A DNA stretch of 64,000 bases from an uncultured delta proteobacterium (GCA_963711835.1 CAVQFQ010000004.1:224001-288000), one strand, 5' to 3'; positions 1 to 11,692 are shown, numbered from the stretch's first letter. The notes: generated by a model from the letters alone, not told the origin. Numbers and translations: made by a program.

Positions 1-540
1 GGAAACCTCTAAGCCTTGTTCCACGTTTCTTACCTGGACCCCTGTGGGAGGCTTCAAGGGCAAGGCCCAGGCCACCTTGAGGGTCTTGGAGGGTTCACCG
101 GGGATTTCCTTTTTATTCACGGCCTGGACCTGGAAAAGGTAAACGTGGTCCGGTTTGAGTTGGTCGTAGGTCACCTGGACCTGATTCGGTTCGACCGTTA
201 TGCCCGGCAGCTCGGGGCCCTTGAGATCAACCCAGAGGGTGTCTTGAAATTGATCGGGGCAGGTTGCGCAATAGGTCCTGGTCGGCCACTCTCCCTTCCG
301 TACCCGGAACCCCTTCAAATCCATCAGGGGGCTCCCATCCGTATTTTGAGAGGGCACGGTCCAGATAACCGACAAGGACCGGCCCCTGACCTGATACCTG
401 ACATCTTCCGCGCTGTTGGGAACGACACTAATCGGCGCCACCGGATTGGTTTTCTTCCCGCAGGCCGAAAATAAGCCCAGGATCACCAAACCGGACAGGA
501 TCCAGGGCAGGGCTTTTTTTCTGAGGATTACGCTTGCCAT
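1..540 (-). CDS. Lipoprotein with fibronectin type III-like region (runs off the left edge)
   Basis: Hand translation from ATG at 540 gives [33 protein letters not shown]...YCATCP...YLFQVQAVN, open to position 1. It has a lipobox, a CxxCP motif and an FN3-like YxFxVxAVN motif. It is missing from the ORF track because there is no stop in the window. Confidence 0.75.
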   Translation of the reverse strand, partial: MASVILRKKALPWILSGLVILGLFSACGKKTNPVAPISVVPNSAEDVRYQVRGRSLSVIWTVPSQNTDGSPLMDLKGFRVRKGEWPTRTYCATCPDQFQDTLWVDLKGPELPGITVEPNQVQVTYDQLKPDHVYLFQVQAVNKKEIPGEPSKTLKVAWALPLKPPTGVQVRNVEQGLEVS

Positions 541-1937
541 ATTCTTTTCTCCATCTTCCGCAGGGCCTTTTGGACCTGTTTCGGGGAGGTCCCTCCCAGG
601 GTGTCTCTGCGGCTTAGAGCCGCTTGCAGATTCAAGGCCGAGGATACATCCGCTTCAAAGGCCGGGTGGAATTTTTTCAGAACCGTCAGGGGCAGGTCCT
701 TTAATTCAAGGTCCCGCTCCTGGGCATAGGCCACAATCCGGCCTATCACATGGTGCGCCTTTCTGAAATCGACCCCCTTCCCGGCCAGGTAGTCGGCCAG
801 ATCGGTAGCCAGAAGAAAACCCTTCCGGGTCGCCTCCTCCATCCGGTCGCCTTTAAAACGCAGCTGCGGATACAAGGCTCCCAAGAGCCGGGTGGAGGCC
901 GCCAAGGTATCAACCGTGTCAAAGACCGCCTCTTTGTCTTCCTGGAGATCCCGGTTGTAGGTCAACGGCAGGCCCTTCATGACCGTCAACAGGCCCATCA
1001 GATGGCCGTAAACCCGCCCGGTTTTTCCCCGGATCAACTCCGGTACATCGGGGTTCTTCTTCTGGGGCATGATACTGCTGCCGGTACAAAAGGCATCACT
1101 GATGGCCACAAAATCAAATTCGGCGCTGGCCCAGAGAATCAATTCCTCGGCCATCCTGGAATAGTGCATCATCAACAAGGCTCCGGCCGACAGAAACTCC
1201 AGCGCAAAATCCCGGTCACTGACCGCATCCATGCTGTTTGAGGCCATCTCTTCAAAACCCAATTCAGCAGCCACATAGGCCCGGTCAATAGGGAAGGTGG
1301 TCCCGGCCAGAGCGGCGCTCCCCAAGGGCAGACTGTTGACCCGTTTCAGCACCTGGCTCAAACGCTGCTGGTCCCGATCCAGCATCTCCAGGTAGGCCAG
1401 GAGGTGATGGCTCAGCAAGACCGGTTGGGCCCGCTGTAAATGGGTATAACCGGGCAGGACCCAGTGACCCTGGTCCTTGGCCAGGTCCAGCAAGGCCTGT
1501 TGGAGCTGCCTGAGGTCTTTCTTCAAGGCCTGAACCCGGTCTCTCAGGTAGAGGCGCAAGTCCAGGGCGACCTGGTCGTTTCGACTTCGGGCGGTATGAA
1601 GTTTCCCCCCGACCGCTCCTATTTTCCGGGACAGCCTTTTCTCCACAAACATGTGGATGTCCTCATCTTCTATGGGAAAGACCAGCTTTCCCTCCTCCCA
1701 TTCCCGGGAAATGGCCTTAAGGCCTTTCAGGATCTGCCGGGCTTCCCGGCCGGAAAGGATCCCCTGCCTGGCCAGCATCCTGACATGAGCCCGGCTTCCT
1801 TCCAGATCATAGGGCAAGAGCCGGAAGTCAAAGGGCAGCGAGGCGGTAAAGGCTTCCACTAAAGGATCCAGGGCCTGCGAGAACCTGCCGGCCCAGAGTT
1901 TCTTCGAACCGGATCGGGGTGAGGGAGATTTTTTCAT
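528..1937 (-). CDS. argH: Argininosuccinate lyase
   Basis: LWAGRF N-terminus, [22 protein letters not shown] signature. Confidence 0.97.
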   Translation of the reverse strand: MKKSPSPRSGSKKLWAGRFSQALDPLVEAFTASLPFDFRLLPYDLEGSRAHVRMLARQGILSGREARQILKGLKAISREWEEGKLVFPIEDEDIHMFVEKRLSRKIGAVGGKLHTARSRNDQVALDLRLYLRDRVQALKKDLRQLQQALLDLAKDQGHWVLPGYTHLQRAQPVLLSHHLLAYLEMLDRDQQRLSQVLKRVNSLPLGSAALAGTTFPIDRAYVAAELGFEEMASNSMDAVSDRDFALEFLSAGALLMMHYSRMAEELILWASAEFDFVAISDAFCTGSSIMPQKKNPDVPELIRGKTGRVYGHLMGLLTVMKGLPLTYNRDLQEDKEAVFDTVDTLAASTRLLGALYPQLRFKGDRMEEATRKGFLLATDLADYLAGKGVDFRKAHHVIGRIVAYAQERDLELKDLPLTVLKKFHPAFEADVSSALNLQAALSRRDTLGGTSPKQVQKALRKMEKRIWQA

Positions 1938-3128
1938 GGTTTTTTCGCGCTGAGGTTTTGGATCTTAAGACGCAGTCCGTTGAGCCGGATGAATCCCTCG
2001 GCGTCTTTTTGCCGGTAAACATTTTCTTCTTCAAAGGTAGCGAAATCGGTGCGGTAGAGGGACTGCTCCGATTTCCGTCCCGCCAAGATGGCATTTCCCT
2101 TATAGAGTTTCAAACGCACCACACCCGAGACCCGGACCTGGGCCTCGTCCATCAATTTTTGGAGGAGTTCCCGTTCCGGTGAGAACCAGTACCCATAATA
2201 GATCAATTCCGAATAACGGGGGATCAGGGAATCCCGCAGGTGCATGACCTCCCGATCCAGGGTCAGGGATTCCAGGGCCTGGTGGGCCGTCCGAATCAGG
2301 GTTCCCCCGGGGGTCTCATATACCCCTCGGGATTTTATGCCCACATAGCGGTTTTCAACTAAATCGACCCGTCCGATCCCGTGTTTTCCGCCTATGCGAT
2401 TCAGATGCGACAACAACTCAGCCGGTTTCAGTCCGACCCTGGTCCACCGCCACCGGGTCTCCCCGTTCGAAAGTAATTTCGCAATATTCGGGTTTCTCGG
2501 GAGCCTTTTCGGGAGAGGCGGTCATTTGAAACATCTCTTCAGGAGGCTCCATCCAGGGATCCTCTAAGATACCGCCCTCATAACTGATGTGCAGCAGATT
2601 GGGGTCCGAGCTGTACGGCCTTTCCTTGGTAATCGGGATGGGAATGCCCTGTTTTTTGGCATAGGCGATCAGGGCGGAACGGGAATTCAAATCCCATTCC
2701 CTCCAGGGGGCGATTATTTTCAAGGCCGGGTTTAAGGCCATATAGGTCAGCTCAAAGCGGACCTGGTCGTTTCCTTTTCCGGTGGCTCCATGGCTGACCG
2801 CCTCCGCCCCCTCGGCCTCGGCAATGGCCACCTGGTGTTTGGCAATAACCGGACGGGCCAGGGAAGTCCCCAGTAAATAGAACTGCTCATAGGCCGCATT
2901 GGCCCGGAAAGCCGGAAATACGTACTGGCGGACAAATTCCTCCCGGAGGTCCTTGACCACAAATTTAGAGGCCCCGGTTTGAAGGGCCTTTTTCTCGATG
3001 GCTTCCCAATCCTCAACATGGCCCAGGTCGGCTGAAAAGGCAATCACCTCCGATTGATAGGTTTCCTGAAGCCACTTTAAAATGACCGAGGTGTCCAGGC
3101 CCCCGGAATACGCCAAGACAATCTTCAT
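1934..3128 (-). CDS. argG: Argininosuccinate synthase, split by a +1 frameshift near 2438
   Basis: ORF 2418..3128 ([22 protein letters not shown]) and ORF 1934..2416 ([17 protein letters not shown]). Removing one base from the ccc run near 2438 restores [16 protein letters not shown]. Confidence 0.93.
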
Positions 3129-3155
3129 GAGTTCTTTCTCTCCTTAATAATATCC

Positions 3156-4079
3156 TTAACCCCCCAGGCCCTTTCGGCCTTGGAGGATGAATTCCAGCAG
3201 GGCCTTATGGACATGCATCTTGTTCTCGGCCTGATCAAAAACCGCCGAACGGGGTCCCTCCAGGACCTCCTCGGTTATCTCCTCCCCCCGGTGAGCCGGC
3301 AGACAATGGAGTACAAAGCAGTCCTTATGGGCCTGTTCCAATAGTCGGGCATTCAACTGGAAGGTCTTGAAAAATTTGATCCGTTCGGCCGCCTGGTCTT
3401 CCTGTCCCATGCTGGCCCAGACATCGGTATTGATCACCCGGGCCCCCCGGACGGCCTCCAGAGGTTCCTGGGTCACCGTGATTCGTTCCCCGGCCAGCTC
3501 CTTGGCCCATTGCCGGATCTCCTTTTGAGGTTCAAATCCCCGAGGACAGGCCATCACGAGTTGGAAGGGAAAACGGCAGGCCGCCTCCATCCAGGAATGG
3601 GCGACATTATTGCCGTCGCCCAGCCAGGCGATCTTCAGGCCCTCCAGATCTCCGAGCCGTTCCCAGATGGTAAAGAGGTCGCTCAGGATTTGGGCCGGAT
3701 GAAAAAGATCGCTTAAGGCATTGATCACCGGGACAGCCGAATATTGGGCCAGTTCCTCGATGATCCGGTGCGAAAAGGTCCGGACGACCAGGAGATCCAG
3801 ATAACGGGAGAGCACCCGGGCCGTGTCTTTTAACGGCTCATTCCGGGTCATCTGGGTATCCCGGCTGCTGATAAAAAGGGGATGCCCGCCGGTCTGAAGG
3901 ACGGCCACCTCGAAGGAGACCCGGGTCCGGGTAGATGGTTTCTCAAAGAGCAGCCCGACGGCTTTCCCGTTTAAAGGACGATCCGAAACCAGGCCTTTTT
4001 TATATTCAGCGGCCCTTTTCCAGATCGAGGTCATCTCATCCGAGGTCAGGTCCCAGAGGCGTAAAAAATCCTTCTTCAT
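3156..4079 (-). CDS. argF: Ornithine carbamoyltransferase
   Basis: FEKPSTRTR, HPAQ, TDVWASMG, HCLPAHRG motifs. Confidence 0.96.
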   Translation of the reverse strand: MKKDFLRLWDLTSDEMTSIWKRAAEYKKGLVSDRPLNGKAVGLLFEKPSTRTRVSFEVAVLQTGGHPLFISSRDTQMTRNEPLKDTARVLSRYLDLLVVRTFSHRIIEELAQYSAVPVINALSDLFHPAQILSDLFTIWERLGDLEGLKIAWLGDGNNVAHSWMEAACRFPFQLVMACPRGFEPQKEIRQWAKELAGERITVTQEPLEAVRGARVINTDVWASMGQEDQAAERIKFFKTFQLNARLLEQAHKDCFVLHCLPAHRGEEITEEVLEGPRSAVFDQAENKMHVHKALLEFILQGRKGLGG

Positions 4080-5312
4080 GCTTTTCCCATTTCTTTAAAC
4101 AAACAGCCTAAAGTCTTCACCAGGGCATCAACGGCTTCCCGGTCGATAATCAGGGGCGGCGTAAAGCGAAGCACCGTATCCTGCGTGCAATTGATTAAAA
4201 ATCCATTTTCCAGGCAGGCCTGAACCAGGGGTTTTCCCGGACCGTCCAGGGCCATCCCAAGAAGCAGTCCCAACCCTCTTATCTCCAGAATGGCGGGAAA
4301 TTCCTCCTTCAAGGCGATCAGGCGGTCCTTTAAAGTATTCTCCCATCTTTTTCACCCGGGCCAAAAAGCCTTCCTCCAGGATAACCGAGAGCACGGTCCG
4401 GGCCACAGCGGTGACCAGATGATTTCCGCCGAAGGTCGCGGCATGGGACCCCGGTTGGAAGGCCCGGGCCACTTCGTCCGTGGCCAACAAAGCTCCGATC
4501 GGCAAGCCATTGGCCAGGGCCTTGGCCAGGGTCATGATATCCGGGGTAAACCCGAATTGCTCATGGGCAAACAGGCTGCCGGTTCGGCCCAGACCGGTCT
4601 GGACCTCATCTAGGATCAGAAGGGCTTGTCTTTCCCCACAGCGTTGCTTAACGGCCTTTAAATAATCCTGGGCCGGGACCCGGATGCCTCCCTCTCCCTG
4701 GATCGGCTCCAAAAAGACGGCGCAGACGGTTTCATCCCAGGCCTGATCCAGGGCCGCCAGGTCGTCGAAGGGGACAAAAACAAAACCCGGCAGCAGCGGG
4801 CCGAAGCCCTTTTGGAATTTATCCTGGCCGGTAGCCGAGAGAGATCCTAGGGTCCGGCCGTGGAAACTGTTCTTCATGCAAATGATGGTGGTCCGATCCG
4901 GGCCGAACCGTTCCGTTCCAAAGCGCCGGGCCAACTTGATGGCCCCTTCATTAGCCTCCGTGCCGCTGTTACAGAAAAAGGCCTTATCGGCAAAAGAATG
5001 CGTAGTCAAAAGTTCGGCCAGGGCCACCTGGGGTTCTATGTGATAAAGATTGGAGGTATGAAAAATCATTTCAGACTGGACCTTAATGGCCTCCACCACC
5101 CGGGGATGATTATGCCCCAGGGCGGTAACCGCAATACCGGCCGTGAAATCCAGATAAGCCTTTCCTTCTTTATCCCAGACTTGGCAGCCTTGACCTCTTT
5201 CCAATACCAGGGGGGTCCGGGCGTAGGTATTCATCAGGACCTTTTCCGCCCTTTCGATGACCTCCATGGTAGAACTTGAATCTTTCATCGTCTCCCTGTC
5301 GTTTTTTTGCAT
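4076..5312 (-). CDS. argD: Acetylornithine aminotransferase, split by a +1 frameshift near 4328
   Basis: [28 protein letters not shown] (PLP lysine); the C-terminus IRGLGLLLG...LRFTPPL lies in ORF 4076..4312. Confidence 0.92.
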
Positions 5313-5344
5313 AGGCTCTGAGCTGTCAGCTATCAGCTTATGAG

Positions 5345-6247
5345 CTATGAGCTAATGATTTCCGTCCCCACCCCGCTGTCGGTGAACAGTTCCAACAGAA
5401 GGGCGTTTTCTACCCGGCCGTCGATGATATGGGCCTTTTCCACGCCCTGGGCCAGGGCTTCCAGACAACAATTGACCTTGGGGATCATCCCTCCGGCAAT
5501 CGTCCCGTCAGCCAGCAAACCGGGGATATCGGCGGCTTTCAGGGAAGGGATCAAGCGGCCTTTCCGATCTTTGACCCCTTCCACATCGGTCAACAGGATC
5601 AGTTTGGGGGCCTTTAAGGCCGCCGCCACCCGGCCGGCGACCAGATCGGCGTTGATATTATAGGTCCTTCCCTGCCGTCCGACCCCGATCGGTGCGATGA
5701 CCGGGATAAAATTATGATCTTCCAGGGTCCGGATGATCTCGGTATTGACCTCAATGACCTCACCGACCATGCCGATATCCATCAACTCCGGGGGATCTTC
5801 GGGGCCTCGGCTCGTGAAGACCTTCATTTTCTGAGCCAGGATGAGCTGGCCGTCCTTACCGCTCAAACCAATGGCCTTGCCGCCCTGTTGATTGATCAGA
5901 TGGACGATCTCCTTATTGACCTTCCCTCCCAGCACCATTTCGACCACATCCATGGTCCGGCTGTCTGTAACCCGGACGCCCTGGACAAACCGGGAGGTAA
6001 TGTGCATCTCATCCAGAACTTTTTTTATCTGAGGTCCCCCGCCGTGCACCACCACCGGATTAAGACCGATGTATTTCATGAGGACAATACTCTTGGCAAA
6101 GCTGTTTTTGAGCGTTTCATCCACCATGGCATGGCCGCCGTATTTGATCACCATGGTCTGATGATAGAAGCGGCGGATGTACGGCAAGGCTTCCATCAGG
6201 ATGGCCGCCTTTTCCCCAAAAGTCTGCTGGTCTTTATTCTTAGCCAT
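5345..6247 (-). CDS. argB: Acetylglutamate kinase
   Basis: [30 protein letters not shown]. Confidence 0.96.
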   Translation of the reverse strand: MAKNKDQQTFGEKAAILMEALPYIRRFYHQTMVIKYGGHAMVDETLKNSFAKSIVLMKYIGLNPVVVHGGGPQIKKVLDEMHITSRFVQGVRVTDSRTMDVVEMVLGGKVNKEIVHLINQQGGKAIGLSGKDGQLILAQKMKVFTSRGPEDPPELMDIGMVGEVIEVNTEIIRTLEDHNFIPVIAPIGVGRQGRTYNINADLVAGRVAAALKAPKLILLTDVEGVKDRKGRLIPSLKAADIPGLLADGTIAGGMIPKVNCCLEALAQGVEKAHIIDGRVENALLLELFTDSGVGTEIISS

Positions 6248-6266
6248 AGTTGCTAACGGCCTCTGT

Positions 6267-6505
6267 TCTGAGAATTTATCTCTATCAGGTGTAGGGGGGT
6301 CCTATTTTTTAAGTTGTCCAAAGGGTGATTAAGAGCCCCCAATCCGGCCCGAATAGCTAAGATCATTTGAGAGCAGGGCCTTCACCTTAGCCCATTGCCA
6401 GCTCAGGTATAGGCCTGCTTCCAAAACAGGTTCCGACCTTGGTCCGGCAAAGAAGTTCAGGGCTTTATGGTGGACAACTTAAAAATAGGACCCCCCTACA
6501 CCATT
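6267..6505. mobile_element. Non-autonomous inverted-repeat element, family A copy A1
   Basis: 32-33 bp inverted repeats at 6288-6320 (ggtgtaggggggtcctattttttaagttgtcca) and 6471-6502; leader tctgagaatttatctcta shared with the copies at 26.7, 47.9 and 57.7 kb. Confidence 0.85.
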
Positions 6506-6524
6506 CCCTGCTCCCAAACCTCTT

Positions 6525-7904
6525 TTACAGGATATACCGGCTTAAATCCTCGTCCTCTTCAATAGAGGACAACTTATCCTTCACATACTGGGCCGTCACG
6601 GTAAACTCCTTTATGGCCAGCTCGGGGGCTTCAAAGGATAAAGTATCCAGGAGCTTTTCCATCACGGTATGAAGCCGGCGGGCACCGATGTTTTCTGTCC
6701 GCTGGTTGACGGTAAAGGCAATCCGGGCAATCTCGGCCACGGCCTCCGCTAAAAAGGTCAGGCTGATCCCCTCGGTTTTCATCAGCTCCCGGTACTGGGT
6801 GATCAGGGCCGACTGGGGTTCGGTCAGGATCCGAATAAATTCCATCTGCCCCAAGGAATCCAGTTCCACCCGGATGGGAAAGCGCCCCTGCAATTCCGGA
6901 ATGAGGTCCGAGGGTTTGGCATTGTGAAAAGCCCCGGAAGCGATGAAAAGGATGTGATCCGTTTTCACCATCCCGTATTTGGTCGTTACGGTGGACCCCT
7001 CAACGATCGGAAGCAAATCCCGCTGCACCCCTTCCCGGGAGACATCCGGTCCCTGGTGGGAACCCCGTCCGGCAATCTTGTCGATCTCATCCAGGAATAT
7101 AATCCCGGTTTGCTCGATTTTTCGGATGGCTTCCTCCGTGACCTTGTCCATATCGATCAGGCGCTGGGATTCTTCCTGGACCAGGATCTCATAGGCCTCG
7201 GGGACCTTGACCTTGCGACGCCTGGTTTTTTTAGGGAAGAGGTTGCCAAACATGTCTTTGAGATTGAGGTCCATCTCCTCAACGCCTACGTTGGAAAAGA
7301 TTTCCATCATGGGGACGGCCCGCTGGCTGACTTCCAGGTCCACAAACCGCTCGGCCAGCTTCCCTTCCTGGAACAGGGAACGCAACTTATCCCGGGTGGA
7401 CAAGGGCTCGGGAGCCGGCCGTTTAACGACCTCCAGGATCTTTTCCTGCCCCCCGGCCTCTTCCGGCTTGGGGGTCTCGGTTTTGGGAGGCAACAACAGA
7501 TCCAGGAGCCGCTCCTCCCCAATCTCCCTGGCCTTGGCCATCACATTTTGTTTCTCTTCGGCCTTGACCATATTCACCGCCAGTTCGGTCAGGTCCCGGA
7601 CCATGGACTCCACATCCCTGCCCACATAGCCGACCTCGGTGAATTTGGTCACCTCCACCTTCAGAAAAGGGGATTGAGCCAGACGCGCCAGACGCCGGGC
7701 AATTTCCGTTTTCCCGACCCCGGTAGGCCCGATCATGATAATATTCTTTGGTGAAATTTCATCCCGGATCGCTTCATCCACCTGCTGTCTTCGCCAACGG
7801 TTCCGCAGGGCAATGGCCACGGTTCGTTTGGCCGCTTCCTGGCCGACAATATATTTATCCAGTTCGGAGACGATCTCCCTGGGGGTGAGGTAATCTTTAA
7901 ACAA
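6525..7904 (-). CDS. hslU: ATP-dependent protease ATPase subunit HslU
   Basis: [39 protein letters not shown]-terminal DLSRYIL. Confidence 0.97.
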   Translation of the reverse strand: MFKDYLTPREIVSELDKYIVGQEAAKRTVAIALRNRWRRQQVDEAIRDEISPKNIIMIGPTGVGKTEIARRLARLAQSPFLKVEVTKFTEVGYVGRDVESMVRDLTELAVNMVKAEEKQNVMAKAREIGEERLLDLLLPPKTETPKPEEAGGQEKILEVVKRPAPEPLSTRDKLRSLFQEGKLAERFVDLEVSQRAVPMMEIFSNVGVEEMDLNLKDMFGNLFPKKTRRRKVKVPEAYEILVQEESQRLIDMDKVTEEAIRKIEQTGIIFLDEIDKIAGRGSHQGPDVSREGVQRDLLPIVEGSTVTTKYGMVKTDHILFIASGAFHNAKPSDLIPELQGRFPIRVELDSLGQMEFIRILTEPQSALITQYRELMKTEGISLTFLAEAVAEIARIAFTVNQRTENIGARRLHTVMEKLLDTLSFEAPELAIKEFTVTAQYVKDKLSSIEEDEDLSRYIL

Positions 7905-7905
7905 A

Positions 7906-8433
7906 TTATAACTCCTCTAAGACAATCTGTTCATTAGTATAAATACACAGGGAGGCGGCGATCTTCATCGCCTCCAGGGCAATCTCCGAGGCCGAAAGGG
8001 TCGAAAAACGGCACAGAGCCTTAACCGCGGCCAGGGCATAAGGCCCGCCGGAGCCGATGGCCGCCACATCGTCATCCGGTTCCATGACGTCTCCGGTTCC
8101 GGAAAGAATCAGGATATGGTCCTGATCGGCGGCGATCAGCAAGGCCTCCAGGCGACGCAGAATTTTGTCGGTCCGCCAGTCTTTGGCCAATTCTACGGCG
8201 GCCCGGGTCAGGTTGCCGTTGAACTGTTCCAGTTTGGCCTCTAATTTTTCAAATAAGGTTAAGGCGTCGGCCGTGGCCCCGGCAAAACCGGCGACGATCC
8301 GGTCATGATACATGCGGCGTATCTTTTTGGCCCGGTGCTTCATGACGGTTTGCCCCAGGGTCACCTGGCCGTCTCCGGCGATTACAACCCGGCCCTGATG
8401 GCGAAGGGCCAATACCGTGGTTCCGTGAAACAT
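7906..8433 (-). CDS. hslV: ATP-dependent protease peptidase subunit HslV
   Basis: HGTT catalytic threonines, [15 protein letters not shown]; likely start ATG 8433. Confidence 0.96.
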   Translation of the reverse strand: MFHGTTVLALRHQGRVVIAGDGQVTLGQTVMKHRAKKIRRMYHDRIVAGFAGATADALTLFEKLEAKLEQFNGNLTRAAVELAKDWRTDKILRRLEALLIAADQDHILILSGTGDVMEPDDDVAAIGSGGPYALAAVKALCRFSTLSASEIALEAMKIAASLCIYTNEQIVLEEL

Positions 8434-8434
8434 A

Positions 8435-9337
8435 TTATCCTCTGGGATGGGCCTTTCGATAGACTTCAAGCAAGCGGCCCATGCTGATATGGGTATATTT
8501 CTGAGTAGTCGAAAGGCTTTTATGGCCTAAACATTCCTGGACGATACGCAGGTCGGCCCCGGCATTGAGCATATGGGTCGCGAAACTATGCCGCAGGGCA
8601 TGGGGGCTGATAGCCGGCGAAAGCCGGACCTCCCGGACCCGTCCTTTGAGACGCCGGGCCACCCCGCGGTCGCTGAGCCGCCGGCCCAGACGATTCAGAA
8701 AAACCGCCTCAGGATCCCTGATTCGAAATCCGGCCCCTTCCCGGGCCTTTTGCAGGGCCGCCTGGTAGAGCCTAAGGGCGGCTACCGCCTTCTTGCCGGC
8801 CGGGACCATCCGTTCCCGCCCCCCTTTGCCGCTGACCCGCAACAGGCCCAGAGAGAGATCGATATGCTCCCAATTCAGGGCGGTCAATTCACTCAACCGT
8901 ATGCCTGAGGCATAAAATAATTCCAGGATGGCCTGGTCCCGCTGTTCCAGGAAAGCGTCCTTGATCGGATCCCTTAAAAGGGTTTCGGCTTCCTTCTCGG
9001 AAAGAAAAGGGGGAATGGTCTTCTCCGCCTTCGGGGTCCGCACCCGGATCAGGGGATTCTCCTCCAGCCACCCTTTTTTCTGGGCAAATTTAAAACAGGA
9101 GCGGATGGAGGCCATCTTTCTGGCTACGGTAGTTTTCTTGTTCATTTTATGCAGGTGGCCGAAAAAACCTCTCAAGAGGGAGGCCTCTATTTGCTCCGCT
9201 TCCTCAACACCCTGGGCTTTTAGATAACCGTCCCATTCCCTCAAATCGCGCCCGTAACTGCGCAGGGTATGCGCCGAGAGCCGCTGTTCGATCTCCCCCT
9301 CTCTCAGAAAGGCCTCAATGATGATCTGGATATTCAT
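8435..9337 (-). CDS. xerC: Tyrosine recombinase XerC
   Basis: [34 protein letters not shown]; conserved xerC-hslVU order. Confidence 0.9.
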   Translation of the reverse strand: MNIQIIIEAFLREGEIEQRLSAHTLRSYGRDLREWDGYLKAQGVEEAEQIEASLLRGFFGHLHKMNKKTTVARKMASIRSCFKFAQKKGWLEENPLIRVRTPKAEKTIPPFLSEKEAETLLRDPIKDAFLEQRDQAILELFYASGIRLSELTALNWEHIDLSLGLLRVSGKGGRERMVPAGKKAVAALRLYQAALQKAREGAGFRIRDPEAVFLNRLGRRLSDRGVARRLKGRVREVRLSPAISPHALRHSFATHMLNAGADLRIVQECLGHKSLSTTQKYTHISMGRLLEVYRKAHPRG

Positions 9338-9492
9338 AATAATTTAATATTATTGACAAAAAAAGTTAAAAATATCATACCTGCGCTTAAAAGTCCATAA
9401 AATAATGGACCTTTAGTGAGATAAGAACTTGACTTCGATTGACTAATTAAGGTATGTAATCCATCAGTTGGTCCACTGGGAAAGGAAGAGGC

Positions 9493-11574
9493 ATGGATAA
9501 GAACCTTGACAAGACAAGAACCATAGGCCTGGTAGCCCACAGCGGGGCCGGGAAGACTTCCCTGGGAGAAGCCCTCCTGTATACCGCCAAAGCCACCGAC
9601 CGCTTAGGCCGGGTGGATGACAACACCTCCGTCCTGGATTTTGAAGCCGAGGAATTAAAACGCCATCTGACTATTAATACCTCCTTCCACCATTATGAAT
9701 GGAAAAAACATAAGGTGTTTTTGGCCGATACGCCGGGAGATGAAAACTTCATCGCCGACACCTTCGCTTCACTCCAGGTCCTGGATGGTCTGGTCATCGT
9801 GGTGGATGCCGTGGACGGGGTCAAGGTCCAGACCGAACGTATCTGGCAGGCGGCCGAATCGCTTCGGATCCCCTGTCTGATCGTCGTCAATAAATTGGAC
9901 CGGGAACGGGCTGATTTTCAAAAAACCCTGGACTCAATCGTGAACCTCCTGGCGACCAGGCCCGTACCTTTGACCCTGCCGCTCGGTCAGGGAGAGACGT
10001 TTAGAGGGGTGGTCTCCCTGCTGCACAACAAGGCCTTCGAGTATGCCAATGCCCAGGGGGAGGGGAAAGAAGTTCCGATTCCCCTGGAAATGGCCGACGA
10101 AGTCCAGTTGCAGCGCGAAAAATTAATAGAATTCCTGGCCGAAGGCGATGATGCTTTGATTGAAAAATACCTGGACGGCCAGGAACTCACCCCGGAAGAA
10201 CTGGCCCTGGGATTGCGGAAAGGGGTCTTAAAACGCCTTTTTACTCCGGTCTTCTGCACCTCGGCCCTCAAGAGTATCGGGATCGATCTCCTGTTGAATG
10301 CCATTAATGCCGCCTTGCCTTCCCCGCTGGATCGGGGTCCCAAAATGGGGCAGGATCCTAAAACAAAGCAGGAAAAGATCAAGGAGCCTTCCCTGGAAAC
10401 CCCTTTTTCCGCCCTGGCCTTTAAAACCATCGCCGACCCCTATGCCGGCCGGTTGACCATCTTCAGGGTTTTTTCCGGAGAAATCACCCCCGATTCCGGG
10501 TTTTATAACGTCAACAAAGGGACCAAGGAACGTTTCGGCCAGCTTTTCCTTCTGGAAGGAAAAACCCAGAAACCGATTTCGCTGGGGATCCCGGGAAACA
10601 TCCTGGCCGTGGCCAAACTCAAGGAAACGGTCACCGGCGACAGCCTGACCGATGAAAAAGATCCCGTCATTTTCCCTTTTAATCCTCCTCCCCTGAGGGT
10701 CATCTCTTATGCCATCGAAGCCAAAAACAAAGGCGAAGAGGACAAGGTCTTTTCCTCCCTGAGCCGTCTCATGGAAGAGGATCCGACCTTAAGGCTGGAC
10801 CGAGATTCCCAGACCAAAGAGATCATTCTTTCCGGGATGGGCCAGGTTCACCTGGAAACGACCGTAGAAAAGGTAAAGCGGAAATTCGGCGTGGAAGTCA
10901 ACCTCAAGGCCCCCAAGATCCCCTACCTGGAAACCCTCCGGCAATCGGCCAAAGGCATCGTCTATCGCCACAAAAAACAGACCGGCGGCCGCGGCCAATT
11001 TGCCGAAGTGCATTTTGATATCTTTCCTCTGGAACGGGGCAAGGGCTATGAATTCCAGGACGCCCTGGTCGGGATGAATGTGCCCCGGAATTTTGTTCCG
11101 GCCGTGGAAAAAGGGGTGGCCGAGGCCATGCAGCATGGGGTCTTGGCCGGATATCCGGTGGTGGATTTTAAAATCCGCTTCTATGATGGAAAATCCCACG
11201 AGGTCGATTCTTCAGAAATGGCCTTTAAAATAGCGGCTTCCATGGCCTTTAAAAAAGCCGTCCAGCAAGCCCAGCCCATCATGTTGGAACCCCTGGTCAA
11301 GGTCACGGTCACGGTCCCGGATGAAAACATGGGCGATGTCATCGGGGATTTAAACAGCCGTCGCGGGAAAGTTCTGGGGGTGGAGTCCAAAGGGAATTAT
11401 CAGGTTATCCAGGCCCAGGCCCCTATGTCTGAAGTGGCCAAATACGCCCCGGACCTGACCGCCATGACCGGAGGGCGGGGCTCTTTCCAGGCCGAATTCT
11501 CCCATTATGAAGAGATCCCCGCCTATATGAGCGAAAAGGTGATCCAGGAGGCCAAGGCCGCCCAGGAGGAGTAA
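9493..11574 (+). CDS. Elongation factor G paralog (EF-G2 type)
   Basis: Full EF-G domain layout (DTPG, NKLD, HKKQTGGRGQF, HEVDSSEMAF). G1 is divergent (AHSGAGKTS) and the gene lies outside the rpsL-rpsG-fusA operon. Confidence 0.9.
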   Translation: MDKNLDKTRTIGLVAHSGAGKTSLGEALLYTAKATDRLGRVDDNTSVLDFEAEELKRHLTINTSFHHYEWKKHKVFLADTPGDENFIADTFASLQVLDGLVIVVDAVDGVKVQTERIWQAAESLRIPCLIVVNKLDRERADFQKTLDSIVNLLATRPVPLTLPLGQGETFRGVVSLLHNKAFEYANAQGEGKEVPIPLEMADEVQLQREKLIEFLAEGDDALIEKYLDGQELTPEELALGLRKGVLKRLFTPVFCTSALKSIGIDLLLNAINAALPSPLDRGPKMGQDPKTKQEKIKEPSLETPFSALAFKTIADPYAGRLTIFRVFSGEITPDSGFYNVNKGTKERFGQLFLLEGKTQKPISLGIPGNILAVAKLKETVTGDSLTDEKDPVIFPFNPPPLRVISYAIEAKNKGEEDKVFSSLSRLMEEDPTLRLDRDSQTKEIILSGMGQVHLETTVEKVKRKFGVEVNLKAPKIPYLETLRQSAKGIVYRHKKQTGGRGQFAEVHFDIFPLERGKGYEFQDALVGMNVPRNFVPAVEKGVAEAMQHGVLAGYPVVDFKIRFYDGKSHEVDSSEMAFKIAASMAFKKAVQQAQPIMLEPLVKVTVTVPDENMGDVIGDLNSRRGKVLGVESKGNYQVIQAQAPMSEVAKYAPDLTAMTGGRGSFQAEFSHYEEIPAYMSEKVIQEAKAAQEE

Positions 11575-11581
11575 CTCAAAA

Positions 11582-11692
11582 GCCGATACTGGATACTGGA
11601 TTAAGAGCCGATACTGGATACTGGATAAAAACAAAAAGCAAGGCCTTATCCAGCATCCAGTATCCAGCATCCAGTATCAAGTATCCAGCATC
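11582..11692. repeat. Inverted arrays of 7-bp tandem repeats, (gatactg)n ... (cagtatc/cagcatc)n
   Basis: agccgatactggatactggat occurs twice, followed by atccagcatccagtatccagcatccagtatcaagtatccagcatc; the two halves are complementary. Confidence 0.85.

Noticed and set aside
2410-4340. Programmed frameshifting or true pseudogenes in argG and argD
   Set aside because: No slippery heptamer with a stimulator; the pattern matches assembly indels seen elsewhere
9330-9360. Possible dif site beside xerC
   Set aside because: The AT-rich palindrome does not fit the 11-6-11 layout with a TTATGTTAAAT-like XerD arm; more likely promoter DNA
11582-11692. Possible CRISPR array
   Set aside because: 7-bp tandem units with no unique spacers, and no cas genes in the window
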